DNA of 64,000 bases from Terriglobia bacterium. GTDB taxonomy: Bacteria > Acidobacteriota > Terriglobia > JAJPHL01 > JAPKYU01. Positions 48,381 through 58,533 of the stretch are shown one piece after another. The translations under genes were made by a program, and so were the position numbers. The first letter of the stretch is position 1, and every line of letters starts with the position of its first letter. Below the pieces are notes generated by a model, which was not told the DNA's origin, did no database searches, and saw only the letters and a program-made list of their open reading frames with translations. The stretch covers positions 864,001 through 928,000 of the forward strand of contig CBDCVK010000010.1 in the NCBI GenBank assembly GCA_965223005.1, given 5' to 3'.

Positions 48381-49559
48381 TTACGCGTTGCTCCGTTGCT
48401 GGGTGGTTTGGCGCGCCACCCGCCGCGCTTCCCGGTCGCAGTCCAGAATCTGCTCCAGCGTGGTGGCCGGGCGAGGAGCCACCTGTTCCAGGGTTTGTTC
48501 GATCACGTCAGGGATGGTCAGAAAAGGAATCTGACCGCCCAGGAAGGCCTCCACCGCCACCTCGTCAGCGGCGTTGAGCACGCAGGTACCGGTTCCGCCG
48601 GCCGCCAGGGCTTGGTAGGCCAGATCCAGGCAGCGAAACCGTTGGCGGTCCGGCAACTGGAATTCCAGTTTTCCCAAAGCCTCGGGCTCCAGGTAGTGAT
48701 GATTGGCAGCCACTCTCTCCGGGTAGGTCAGGGCGTATTGAATAGGAATCCGCATATCGGTCGCGGAAAGCTGGGCCAGGATCGAGCCGTCTACGAACTC
48801 CACCAGGGAGTGCACAATCGATTGGGGATGGATCAACACATCCACCTGCTCCGGCCGGAAGCCGAACAGCCAGTGCGCTTCGATCACCTCAAAGCCTTTG
48901 TTCATTAGTGTGGCCGAATCTATGGTGACGCGGTCTCCCATGTGCCAGGTGGGGTGGCGCAACGCCTCTTCAGCCGTAACCCCCCCTAATTCGGTGTCCG
49001 GGGTGCTGCGGAACGGTCCGCCGGAGGCAGTCAGAATCAACCGGCGCACCTCTTCGCGCCGCCCTCCTCGCAAGCACTGGTGCAGGCCGTTGTGCTCGCT
49101 GTCCACCGGCAGAATCTCCATGCCGGAACGCGCGGCGGCGCCGGTCATCAGTTCCCCGGCAGCCACCAGCACCTCCTTGTTGGCCAGTGCCACGCGCTTG
49201 CCAAGACGGGCGGCCTCGTAAGTCGCCGGCAGGCCCGCCACTCCCACGGTGGCCGAAACCACAAGGTCCACTTCAGGGTCCGAAGCCACCGCAACCATGC
49301 CCGCAGGTCCGCTCAGCAACTCCGGCACCGGCACCCCCTCGTTTGTAAGACGTCGGCCGAGGGCGTCCCGATTCGCCTCTTCTTTAATGGACACCAGCCT
49401 GGGGCGGAACCGGGCGATTTGTTCTGCCAGCACTTCCAAGTTGCCGCCGGCTGTCAGCCCCTGGACCCGAAACCGGTCGGGGAAGCAGTTGACCACCTCA
49501 AGAGTGTTCCGGCCGATGGAGCCGGTGCTTCCCAGAATAGCCAGATTCCTCGGTTTCAT
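48381..49559 (-). CDS. dxr: 1-deoxy-D-xylulose-5-phosphate reductoisomerase
   Basis: Start MKPRNLAILGSTGSIG (ATGA overlap with the cdsA stop); LANKE, PVDSEH, TASGGPF, DSATLMNKG, NAADE. Confidence 0.96.
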   Translation of the reverse strand: MKPRNLAILGSTGSIGRNTLEVVNCFPDRFRVQGLTAGGNLEVLAEQIARFRPRLVSIKEEANRDALGRRLTNEGVPVPELLSGPAGMVAVASDPEVDLVVSATVGVAGLPATYEAARLGKRVALANKEVLVAAGELMTGAAARSGMEILPVDSEHNGLHQCLRGGRREEVRRLILTASGGPFRSTPDTELGGVTAEEALRHPTWHMGDRVTIDSATLMNKGFEVIEAHWLFGFRPEQVDVLIHPQSIVHSLVEFVDGSILAQLSATDMRIPIQYALTYPERVAANHHYLEPEALGKLEFQLPDRQRFRCLDLAYQALAAGGTGTCVLNAADEVAVEAFLGGQIPFLTIPDVIEQTLEQVAPRPATTLEQILDCDREARRVARQTTQQRSNA

Positions 49560-50347
49560 TGCAAGGCAGCAAGCAAACGAGGGCTGCGCAGGGAAAGAAT
49601 GTACCACAAGGTGGGCACCGCAAAGAGCAGCGCGTCCACGCGATCCAGCAATCCGCCATGTCCGGGCAGGATGGTGGAGGAATCTTTGACTCCGGCGCTG
49701 CGCTTCAGCGCCGACTCGGCCAGGTCGCCCGCCTGGCCGGCCAAGTTGACCGCCACCGCCGCGGTCGCGCTCCACATGAGCGATACCCCGGCTAGCAGAT
49801 AGGCCGGGTAGAGGATGCCAAAAGCGACGCCCACGGCCAGCGAGGCCAGGGCGCCCTCCCAGGTCTTGCCTGGGCTGATTCGCGGCGACATCCGGTGCCG
49901 CCCCACCAGGCGCCCACCGAAATAGGCAGCCGTGTCGCTGATCCAGGTCAGCAACAGCACGTAGAGCACCCACTTGGGACCATCCGGCAGCCTGCGCAAA
50001 TCGGCTAGCAGTGCCATGGGCAGTCCGATGTAAAGGATGCCGAGGACGGTGGCAGCAGCGCCCGGCAGAACCTTGTCCAAAGATCGCGGCGGCCGCAGAA
50101 CCAGCGCCAACGCGAGCATCACCAGCAGGGGAACGACGGTCCCTACCCCCGGCGGCCAGAGTACCAGAGCCACTACGGCGACAAGTGAGAAAGCCCGCAA
50201 CGGCGCCTGTCCTGCTTTTTCCGCCAGGTCCAGATATTCGCGCAACGCCAGCAGAGCGACCAGGACCACCACCATCTCGAACAGCACCCGCGGCGCTGCT
50301 AACACCAATGCCAGAATGATGGGGATCAGGATTGCGGCCGTGCACAC
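49556..50347 (-). CDS. cdsA: Phosphatidate cytidylyltransferase (start uncertain; frame is open to 50563)
   Basis: WISDTAAYFGG, ISPGKTWEG, GDLAESALKR, KDSSTILPGHGGLLDRVD. Confidence 0.92.
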   Translation of the reverse strand: MCTAAILIPIILALVLAAPRVLFEMVVVLVALLALREYLDLAEKAGQAPLRAFSLVAVVALVLWPPGVGTVVPLLVMLALALVLRPPRSLDKVLPGAAATVLGILYIGLPMALLADLRRLPDGPKWVLYVLLLTWISDTAAYFGGRLVGRHRMSPRISPGKTWEGALASLAVGVAFGILYPAYLLAGVSLMWSATAAVAVNLAGQAGDLAESALKRSAGVKDSSTILPGHGGLLDRVDALLFAVPTLWYILSLRSPRLLAALQ

Positions 50348-50404
50348 CCGCGCCCAGGTGTTACCAGAAGCATTTCCAGGTTTTGGCGTTCTGTCCACAG
50401 ACGG

Positions 50405-50598
50405 TCGCAAAGAAAGCGAACTGCATCCAACGTGTTGCGACAGCGGTGTTGCAACTAGGATACCCGAGTTGCCGTTTCTCGGGCGTGCTGTTCGCCAGGT
50501 TCGTGATCGGCTAATTTTCGTTCTACTCCCCGGCAGCGCCACCGGTCCCGAGCGCAGCGCCACCGCTACGCTGGGGAGGCACTTCTTCAGCCGATCAC
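50405..50598 (+). other. Multi-hairpin structured spacer between uppS and cdsA (candidate ncRNA or inserted palindromic element)
   Basis: GTTGCGACA/TGTTGCAAC (50434-50455); CCCGAG/CTCGGG (50463-50483); 96-nt hairpin GTGATCGGCT/AGCCGATCAC (50503-50598) with inner stem CTCCCCGGC/GCTGGGGAG. Confidence 0.4.
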
Positions 50599-50602
50599 AG
50601 CA

Positions 50603-51394
50603 CTAGCCGCCAGTGGGGGAGGAGAGCCCGCCGTAACGGCGCTCGCGCCTCTGGTAGTCAATGATCGCCTGCAGCAGGTGCTTGCGCGTGAAATCGGGCC
50701 ATAGCGTGTCGGTGACCCAGATTTCCGCATAGGCGATCTGCCACAACAGGAAATTGCTGACCCGGAGTTCGCCGCTGGTGCGGACTAGCAGATCGGGGTC
50801 CGGCAGAGGATGCGTGTACAAGTGTGCAGCAATAGTTTCTTCATCCACCCGAAGTCCGTTGATCCCGTTGTGTCGCACGCGCTCCAGGATAGCGTTAAAG
50901 GCGTCCACCAGCTCCGCCCGGGCCCCGTAGTTGAGCGCCACGCTCAGCAGCGTGCCCGTGTTTTTGGCGGTTTCGGCCACTGCCTCCTGGATATCGTCCC
51001 GAACGGCTCGGGGCAACTGATGCAGGCGCCCGATGACCTGGAAACGGATATTGTTGCGCTCCATTGTAGGCAGTTCGCGCCGCAGGTATTCTCGTAACAG
51101 CTTCCACAACGTGTCCCGCTCCTGCCTGGGCCGCTTCCAGTTTTCAACCGAGAAAGCGTAGAGGGTCAGCGCTTGCAGCCCCAGGCGGGCCGAATATTCC
51201 ACTACCTCGCGGACCGCCCGCGCCCCGGCCCGATGGCCGGCCACGCGGGGCAGCCGCCGCTGCCGCGCCCAGCGGCCGTTGCCATCCATGATGATCGCCA
51301 CGTGGCGGGGCAACCGTCGGGGATCCACCTGGGCCAACAACTCTGCTTCTTCGGCGCTCTGGGGCGCCGGCCATTCGATTGTGCCTACCCGCAC
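50603..51394 (-). CDS. uppS: Undecaprenyl diphosphate synthase
   Basis: HVAIIMDGNGRWA, YAFSVENWKRP, LNYGAR, RTSGELRVSNFLLWQIAY, RRYGG. Confidence 0.96.
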   Translation of the reverse strand: MRVGTIEWPAPQSAEEAELLAQVDPRRLPRHVAIIMDGNGRWARQRRLPRVAGHRAGARAVREVVEYSARLGLQALTLYAFSVENWKRPRQERDTLWKLLREYLRRELPTMERNNIRFQVIGRLHQLPRAVRDDIQEAVAETAKNTGTLLSVALNYGARAELVDAFNAILERVRHNGINGLRVDEETIAAHLYTHPLPDPDLLVRTSGELRVSNFLLWQIAYAEIWVTDTLWPDFTRKHLLQAIIDYQRRERRYGGLSSPTGG

Positions 51395-51640
51395 CGGTCC
51401 ACTCTCTATCGCAAAGCTAATTCCTTAGAATACCACAAACCAGGCTCCCAGCTATCTTCCACCGGCAAACATTTGCTGGCACGGGCTTAGGGCGCAAAGT
51501 CGAAAGCGCGGCCGCGACCAATGCTGGCGTCCGGGATCGCCGTTTCTCGCAGACGGCTTCACCGAAGAGAGCAGTCCACGCGGGCGAATCAGGATTGTGT
51601 TACTCTGGCCGATCCAGTCCCGCGAAGGAGTCTCTAATCT

Positions 51641-52423
51641 ATGGAGTTTAAAGGCAAAGTAGCCATTGTCACCGGAGGTGGCAGAGGAATCGGCGAGGCG
51701 ACCTGTCTCGGCTTTGCTCGGGAAGGCGCAGCCGTTGTCGTTGCTGACATTGAAGAAGTTGGGGGTCGCAAAACCGCCCAGGCGATCGAGAGCAGCGGAG
51801 GACGGGCGTTCTTCGTGAAGACCGACGTCAAGGTCTCAGCCGACGTAAAACGGATGGCTCAGCAAGCAGTCGCCCAGTTTCGGCGGATTGACGTCCTGGT
51901 CAACGTAGCCGGTATTCAGGGCGCGGTTGCCAGTGTGGTGGATCTCCCTGAGGAGGAATGGGATCGCGTCATCGCCACGAATCTCACCGGCACCTACCTC
52001 TGCTCGAAGCACTGTATTCCGGCGATGCTCCAGAACGGAGGAGGGGCCATTGTCAACGTGGCTTCCATGCAAAGCTACTTCAATGTTCCCGGGTCCTCGG
52101 CTTATGCGGCCGCGAAAGGTGGGATCGTTTCTTTGACCAGGTGCACGGCACTGGATTTCGCGGCGCGGGGTATCCGAGTTAACGCCGTAGCTCCCGGGTA
52201 CATCGATACTCCCCTCTTGCGGGGCTTTGCAGAGGCGAGCGGCGATCCGGAGGGGACCATGAAGAAGTGGAGCCGCCGCATCCCGATGCAGAGGTTGGCA
52301 AAGCCGGAAGAGGTGGTGGAGGTGATGCTGTTCCTGGCCAGCCCCAAAGCCTCCGCCGTCACGGGTGTCACTTACGCTGTGGATGGAGGCATTCTGACGG
52401 CCCAGCCAACCTGGACCGACTGA
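51641..52423 (+). CDS. Short-chain dehydrogenase/reductase
   Basis: TGGGRGIG, NVAG, YAAAK, RVNAVAPG, VDGG. Confidence 0.92.
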   Translation: MEFKGKVAIVTGGGRGIGEATCLGFAREGAAVVVADIEEVGGRKTAQAIESSGGRAFFVKTDVKVSADVKRMAQQAVAQFRRIDVLVNVAGIQGAVASVVDLPEEEWDRVIATNLTGTYLCSKHCIPAMLQNGGGAIVNVASMQSYFNVPGSSAYAAAKGGIVSLTRCTALDFAARGIRVNAVAPGYIDTPLLRGFAEASGDPEGTMKKWSRRIPMQRLAKPEEVVEVMLFLASPKASAVTGVTYAVDGGILTAQPTWTD

Positions 52424-52529
52424 GATTCTAGAAACAGTTGCCCAACGTGCCGGACTGACCACCCGCTGCGGCGATGCCCGCTGCGGCGATATAGGGGCTG
52501 CTGCTAGGGGACGAGGCAAGAGGACGAGG

Positions 52530-53567
52530 CTAGATGACGAGAATAGACGGGTGGGCGTCGGCTCGGACTCGCCCGATGATGGCAGCGGGGATTGCCGCCT
52601 CCCGCAGCGCCTGCTCCAGGGCTGGCGCATCGGCTGCTTCCACCGAGATCAGCAGGCCTCCTGAGGTTTGCGGGTCGTAAAGCAGGGCTTCGATTTCCGC
52701 GGCCACCGCGCCACCAAACTCCACCGCAGAGGAAACAAACTCGCGATTGTTCTTCAACCCGCCCGGCTGGTGTCCGGCGCGCGCCGCTTCCAACGCTCCC
52801 GGTAGAAATTGCAGGCGGGTATGGTCAATCTCCAGACCAACGCCGCTAGCGGCGGCCATCTCGCGGCCGTGGCCCAGCAGGCCAAAGCCGGTGACATCGG
52901 TGGCCGAGTGCACCCGGAAGCGCAGCATGATCTCGCAGGTAGCGCGATTCAGAGCCAGCATGGACTCGACCGCAGCCGTGACGCTGGCCGGCTCGGCGGC
53001 TTCCCGCTTCAGCGCTGTGGAGATGACGCCCGTGCCCAGGCGTTTGGTCAGCACCAGTACATCGCCGGTGCGCGCCCCGGAATTGACCAGGATACGGCTG
53101 GGGGAAATCAGCCCCGTGACTGCATAGCCAAACTTGATCTCGTCGTCGCTGATCGAATGCCCGCCCAATACCGCGCAGCCGGCTTCTTCCATCTTCCCGT
53201 GGCCCCCCAGCAATATCTTCCCCAGGATTTCCGTGTCGCCTTTCTGGGGAAAGGCCACTAGCGAAAGCGCTGAGACCGCGCGGCCGCCCATCGCATAGAT
53301 GTCGCTGAGCGAATTCGCTGCGGCGATCTGGCCGTAGACGTAGGGATCGTCCACGATGGGGGTAAAGAAGTCCACCGTCTGGACCAGGGCCAGGTCCGGC
53401 GCGACTTGATACACACCTGCGTCGTCGGCGTTGTCGAAGCCGACCAGCACCTTCGCGTTGCTAATCCGCGGCAGCTTCCTCAGGACGGCGTCCAAAACCT
53501 TTGGACTGAGCTTGGAGGCTCAGCCGGACGCCTTCACCGCCGCAGTCAGTCTCGGTGTTTCTGGCAC
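52530..53567 (-). CDS. selD: Selenide, water dikinase, selenocysteine-containing (345 aa, Sec16)
   Basis: GTG 53567: MPETPRLTAAVKASG-U(TGA 53522-53520)-ASKLSP...; DDAGVY, QTVDFFTP, ANSLSDIYAMGG, TDVTGFGL, DPQTSGGLL. Confidence 0.95.
53490..53506 (-). promoter_or_regulatory. Bacterial SECIS-like hairpin of selD
   Basis: GTCCAAA-GGT-TTTGGAC, stem starting 13 nt after the UGA; loop starts with G. Confidence 0.75.
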
Positions 53568-53635
53568 ACCTAGAGTATACCGCTCAAGCTGCAGGGCGCA
53601 CGGCTTGGGAGCAGGAGAAAATCAGGTGGAGCACG

Positions 53636-55279
53636 CTACTCGGTCAGGGTGACTCCGATAAGGCTCTCCCCGACGTTGTAGCCAAACAGACCGAAGTCCA
53701 GTCCGGACGCCTCGATCCGGCCGCTTTGCAGGTCGGAGAAAAAGTTGGCAGTCAGAAACGTAGCGCCTTCGCTGCTGACTGGGAGCTGGCTGAGCACGCT
53801 GCTGTTGATCGTGATCTGGCCGTCGAAGCACGAGGCTGAGCACATGACGACGCCGAAAAGCAAGTCAGCATCGTTGACCGAAGCCACGAGCACACCGACC
53901 TGTCCATTGAGGTCGAGGCAGCTCCAGGTCATGGTCAGCGGTTGCGCCTGGCTGAAGGAAGTGCCCTGGACCCCGAAGTCGGTCACACTGGACAGGAGCC
54001 CGAAGGCCCCGAGCACCGTGTTGAACGGACCCACATCGGAACCGCCAGATCCGCTCAAAGTCCAGATGCCAGGCCCCAGCGCGCCGTTACCCAGTTCCGA
54101 TTCGTACCCGCCCGGCTGGCTCGGGCCAATTACTCGGGGGGAACCGGCAAAGGGACCATTCAAGGTTAAGGTCCCGGCGTCCAGCGGCTGATCCTTGTTG
54201 ATGAAGTTGATGAAATTGGAGACGCCCGGCGGGTCGTTGGGGTCGAAGCGGTACACGGCCACATTGCAGCCACCATCCACCGGTGGGAACCCGAACTCAG
54301 CCGTTGGGATGACGGCCTCAAAGCGGCGGAAGCTCGCGCTGAAGGTGTCCGGGGGCTGGAACCCAGGCACTGGGACAGGGAGCTGCGTCGTAAACCGGTT
54401 CACGCTGGCCACGCCGAACGATCCGTTGAAGAAGAAGCCGGGCGAGCCGCTGCTAGCCTGGTTGCAATTGCCCCTGAAGCCCCTGGGTTTAGTGACCCCG
54501 ATGGTCACCGTGTTGCTGCTCCCATTTTCGAACGCCACCTGCACCGGCAGGTAGCAGCCCTCGGGCGTGTCGCCCGGCACCCGGGCGTTGATCTGGTACA
54601 GGCCTACGAAGCCGGGAGCCAGCCCGGAGAACTCTACCACCGCCTGCCGTCCGCCGATCATCACGACCGGAGTTGTGGTCGTAGGTTGCCCGGCGCCAGC
54701 GGATCCGTCGGCAGGAGTTTCCTTGACCGGCCCAAGACCAGTGCCAAAGATGAGAACAATGCCGCCGGGGATGGTGGTGAAATCTGCTGTGTTTGTGGGA
54801 GTATTCCCCTGGGCGACAAAATTCAGCACGGCCCCCGGGCCGCGCCCGTTGGCGGCCTGGGAAAACAAGCCAGGAGCCGTTTCCACAACGGATACGTTCA
54901 CTGGGGCGCTGGTTCCCCCTGGCGTTTGCACGGTCACCTGGACCGTGCCCGTCGGCGTGCCCCAGGGCACCTGGGCGTTGATCTGCCCGGCGGACACGAA
55001 AAAAAGCGGCGCCGGCTGCCCACCGATGATCACCCGGGTGCCAACAATAACGGTCGGCAGCGGCAAGCTCACCGAGCCGCCGGTCGCCGACCCTAAATCG
55101 GAGCCGAAGATCGAGATGATCGACCCCTGAGCAATCGCACTTCCCGGGGCACTGCTGGGACGAAAGCTGGCACCATTCACCACGCCGCCCTCAAACACCA
55201 CGGGAGCCTGGGCGAAGAGCTTTCCGGCATTCACTACCAACAACCACAAGCAGGAAAAAACCACCGCTCGGAGCAGCAT
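53636..55279 (-). CDS. Exported IPT/TIG-domain protein (Solibacter TIGR03437-like)
   Basis: GVVNGASF, GSIISIFG, PLFFVSAGQINAQVP, APGLF, FGTGLG, GLAPGFVGLYQIN. Confidence 0.85.
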   Translation of the reverse strand: MLLRAVVFSCLWLLVVNAGKLFAQAPVVFEGGVVNGASFRPSSAPGSAIAQGSIISIFGSDLGSATGGSVSLPLPTVIVGTRVIIGGQPAPLFFVSAGQINAQVPWGTPTGTVQVTVQTPGGTSAPVNVSVVETAPGLFSQAANGRGPGAVLNFVAQGNTPTNTADFTTIPGGIVLIFGTGLGPVKETPADGSAGAGQPTTTTPVVMIGGRQAVVEFSGLAPGFVGLYQINARVPGDTPEGCYLPVQVAFENGSSNTVTIGVTKPRGFRGNCNQASSGSPGFFFNGSFGVASVNRFTTQLPVPVPGFQPPDTFSASFRRFEAVIPTAEFGFPPVDGGCNVAVYRFDPNDPPGVSNFINFINKDQPLDAGTLTLNGPFAGSPRVIGPSQPGGYESELGNGALGPGIWTLSGSGGSDVGPFNTVLGAFGLLSSVTDFGVQGTSFSQAQPLTMTWSCLDLNGQVGVLVASVNDADLLFGVVMCSASCFDGQITINSSVLSQLPVSSEGATFLTANFFSDLQSGRIEASGLDFGLFGYNVGESLIGVTLTE

Positions 55280-55463
55280 AGGACTGTCGCTCGGTGTAGA
55301 AGGAAATGCCGCGCGCAGATTATAGTTAGTTCCTGAAGCCTGGACAATGCCAGATGCGGAGTGGGAGCCTGGAGATGCTGAAGCTACTGGAGATGCTGTC
55401 CAATCGCCTCATCACGAATGGGGAACGCGCTCGGAGTGGCGAGCGATCGCCATAATCTTGCCT

Positions 55464-57854
55464 ATGGTCAGCGAAAGGGAAATCCTGGAGTACATTGCGC
55501 GGCAGCCAGACCGCCAGGCCAGCCTCAAGCAACTGCTGCGGGAGCTAGGCGGCGGAGGAGTGGCCCGCCGCGCGCTGAAGGACGAGCTTGCACGCCTGGT
55601 GCGCCAAAAGGCCTTGGTGAAATCGCGCGGACAGTACTTCACATTGGCTACCGGGGCGACCGGCCGCGCGGCGGGCTCGCGGCCGGAGAAAGGGACCCAA
55701 TTTCTTTCCGGCCGGCTGGTTCGCCACCGCGACGGATACGGGTTCGTGATCCTGGATGAACTTGTGCCCGGCATGGTGGGCGATGTGTTCGTCGGCCAGC
55801 ACAGCCTGGGCGACGCCATGCACGGGGACCGGGTACTGGTGCGGCTGGGCCGGCTGGACGAGCGCGGGCGCGCTGAAGGTCGCATTCACCAGGTGCTGAA
55901 ACGCGCCCACGAAACCGTGGTCGGGCAGTTCCGCTGCGAGCGGCGGGGCAATTTCGTCCTTCCCCACGACGAGCGTCTCCGCGAGGCGATCCGGATTCCC
56001 CGCAGCGAGCCGCTGCCCGGCGACGCAAGACCCCAGGAGTTGGACAACGCCATTGTCAACGTGGAATTGACCCGCTTCCCCACGGCCAGTAATCCAGCGC
56101 AAGGCCGTGTACTGGAAGTGCTGGGGCGGCCCGGCGACTTTGGCCTTGACGTCGAGATCATCATCCGCAAGCACCACTTGCCCCATCGATTCCCGACCGA
56201 AGTCCTGGAGGAGGCCGAGTCGGTGCCCCAGTTTCTTTCTTCGCGCCATCTGGAGGAACGGCTGGATTTCCGCGCTCTGCCGGTGGTGACCATTGACGGG
56301 GAGACGGCGCGGGATTTCGATGACGCGGTCTACGTCGAGCGGTTGGCGAACGGCACCTACGTGCTCCAGGTGCACATCGCCGACGTCAGCCATTACGTGC
56401 GCCCGGCGCGCCCGCTGGACCGCGAGGCGCGGCTGCGCGGTACTTCCGTCTATTTCCCTGACCGCGCCCTCCCGATGCTGCCGGCCGAGCTTTCCAGCGG
56501 CATCTGCTCGCTGAATCCTCATGTGGACCGGCTGGTCGTCTCTTGCCTGATGGAGATTGACGGGCGGGGAGAAGTGGTTGGGCACCAGCTGCGGGAAGGA
56601 GTGATCCGCAGCGCCGAGCGCATGACCTACACCAACGTCAACCTGGTGTTGGAAGGCGACCCGGGCCTGAGCGCCCGCTACGCGCCCCTTATCCCCCCGT
56701 TTGAACGGATGAAGGATCTGGCCTTGATCCTGAACGAAAAGCGCCGCCGCCGCGGCTCGATTGATTTCGACCTGCCGGAAGCGGAAATCCAGTTCGACGA
56801 GCTCGGGCAGATGCGCGCCATTACCCGCTCAGAACGCAACGTCGCTCACCGGATGATTGAGGAGTTCATGCTGGCGGCCAACGAGACGGTGGCCAACCAC
56901 CTGGCCGGGCTGGCGCTGGCTTCGCTTTACCGCATTCACGAGAAGCCGGACCCGAAGAAGGTGATGGAGTTTGAACAGCTTGCCGGCAGCTTCGGCTACA
57001 GCCTGGGAGTGGCGGGCCTGTCGGTCGAACGCTTTCGAATCAGCTCGGGAGAGGGAGCCGGGCGGCGTAGCCGCTTTGGGCGTCCGCGCGGCCCACGGTT
57101 CGCGCAACAGTGGGAGCTGCCTGCCGAAATTCCTGTTACTCCGCGCCACTATCAACGGCTCACCGATGCCATTGCTGGCAAACCGGAAGAGCGAATCCTG
57201 TCCTATCTGATGCTACGCTCTCTCAAGCAGGCGCGGTATTCGGAGCAGAACAGCGGACACTTTGCACTCGCCTGCCCTGACTACACCCATTTCACTTCTC
57301 CCATCCGTCGCTACCCGGATTTGATCGTCCACCGCATCTTGAAAGCGGTGCTGCACGATTGGAAACCGACCGGCGCAGGCCCCCGGGGACGCCGCAGGAA
57401 GCCGGCGGCGCGTCCCGGCCCCACATTCTCAGCCAGTGAAGGCCCAGCAAATGAGGGCTCAGCCAGTGAAGGACCGATCTCGGAAGCAGAGCTGAAACTA
57501 GTGGCCGAGGAGACGTCCGATTCTGAACGACGCGCCCAAGACGCCGAGCGCGAGCTGCTGGAATGGAAAAAAGTGGCCTTCCTGGCGGAGCGAATGGGCG
57601 AGGAATTCGAGGGGTTGGTGGTAAATGTGACCCGGTTCGGCTTCTTCGTCGAACTCACCGAGATGTTTGTGGAAGGCTTGGTTCACGCCGACAACCTCAG
57701 CGACGACCGCTACGTTTTCCGCGAGTCCACTCACGAGTGGGCCGGAGAGCGAAGCAAGCGCCGCTTCCGGCTGGGCGACCGTGTTCGGGTCCTGGTGGAT
57801 CGTGTAGATCCCGTGGCCCGGCAGGTCTACTTTGCCTTGGCTCCTCAGGACTAG
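55464..57854 (+). CDS. rnr: Ribonuclease R
   Basis: HRDGYGFV, TIDGETARDFDDAV, VHIADVSHYV, IEEFML, YTHFTSPIRRYPD, C-terminal S1 domain. Confidence 0.95.
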   Translation: MVSEREILEYIARQPDRQASLKQLLRELGGGGVARRALKDELARLVRQKALVKSRGQYFTLATGATGRAAGSRPEKGTQFLSGRLVRHRDGYGFVILDELVPGMVGDVFVGQHSLGDAMHGDRVLVRLGRLDERGRAEGRIHQVLKRAHETVVGQFRCERRGNFVLPHDERLREAIRIPRSEPLPGDARPQELDNAIVNVELTRFPTASNPAQGRVLEVLGRPGDFGLDVEIIIRKHHLPHRFPTEVLEEAESVPQFLSSRHLEERLDFRALPVVTIDGETARDFDDAVYVERLANGTYVLQVHIADVSHYVRPARPLDREARLRGTSVYFPDRALPMLPAELSSGICSLNPHVDRLVVSCLMEIDGRGEVVGHQLREGVIRSAERMTYTNVNLVLEGDPGLSARYAPLIPPFERMKDLALILNEKRRRRGSIDFDLPEAEIQFDELGQMRAITRSERNVAHRMIEEFMLAANETVANHLAGLALASLYRIHEKPDPKKVMEFEQLAGSFGYSLGVAGLSVERFRISSGEGAGRRSRFGRPRGPRFAQQWELPAEIPVTPRHYQRLTDAIAGKPEERILSYLMLRSLKQARYSEQNSGHFALACPDYTHFTSPIRRYPDLIVHRILKAVLHDWKPTGAGPRGRRRKPAARPGPTFSASEGPANEGSASEGPISEAELKLVAEETSDSERRAQDAERELLEWKKVAFLAERMGEEFEGLVVNVTRFGFFVELTEMFVEGLVHADNLSDDRYVFRESTHEWAGERSKRRFRLGDRVRVLVDRVDPVARQVYFALAPQD

Positions 57855-58020
57855 CCGGACGTCCCGTCCAGGCTGCTTGAGCTCTGGCAGCTATGAAGCG
57901 GTCACTGGAGGTCAGGGCCGGGGCGCAACGGGCTACCGTTGTTCTCCTCCGAAACAAATCCCTGCCCGATGGCCGGGCAGGGCCGATACCTTCCTTGTGG
58001 ATACATCCGGGGGGTTGAGC

Positions 58021-58533
58021 CTACTCCAGTTCGGGCAGCTTCAGGTTCGCTTTGGACAGAGCCCGCTCCACGAGCGCCTCGGCCTGCCGATCCTGCAAGC
58101 GTTTCACAACGGCCAGTTCGCTGATCACCAGGTGGCGCGCCCGGTCGAGCATCTTCTTTTCCCGAAACGAAAGCGGTTTGGAACGGCCCAGCATCAGAAG
58201 GCTTTTCATCACCTCGGCTACATGCGACAAGGACCCGTCGCGCATTTTTTCCGAGTTCTCCTTGAACCGCCACTTCCAGTCGGAATGGCTCCGGCAATTG
58301 CCGTTGGATAAATAAGCGAGGACGCGCCCCACTTCGGCCTCTTTCACGATCCTGCGAAGGCCGACGGTCACGACACCGGCAACGGGGACCATTACCGTCA
58401 GACTGCTGGAATTGATCCGCAAAAGATAAAACTTTTCGCTTTCTCCGGAGATGCTGCGGTTGCTGATTTGTTCGATGGTTCCAACCCCATGATTGGGATA
58501 GACAACTTTATCTCCAACACGGAAATTCACCAT
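58021..58533 (-). CDS. carD: CarD family transcriptional regulator
   Basis: FRVGDKVVYPNHGVG, WKWRF, LSFREKKML. Confidence 0.93.
   Translation of the reverse strand: MVNFRVGDKVVYPNHGVGTIEQISNRSISGESEKFYLLRINSSSLTVMVPVAGVVTVGLRRIVKEAEVGRVLAYLSNGNCRSHSDWKWRFKENSEKMRDGSLSHVAEVMKSLLMLGRSKPLSFREKKMLDRARHLVISELAVVKRLQDRQAEALVERALSKANLKLPELE

Noticed and set aside
49560-50345. Apparent 654-aa Dxr fusion
   Set aside because: The extension is an alternative frame over cdsA; Dxr begins at 49559.
51477-51496. TGGCAC as a possible sigma54 promoter
   Set aside because: No correctly spaced TTGC -12 element.
14187-53567. egtB-like gene plus selD as a selenoneine (senABC) cluster
   Set aside because: They are about 36 kb apart, and no senB glycosyltransferase is in the window.
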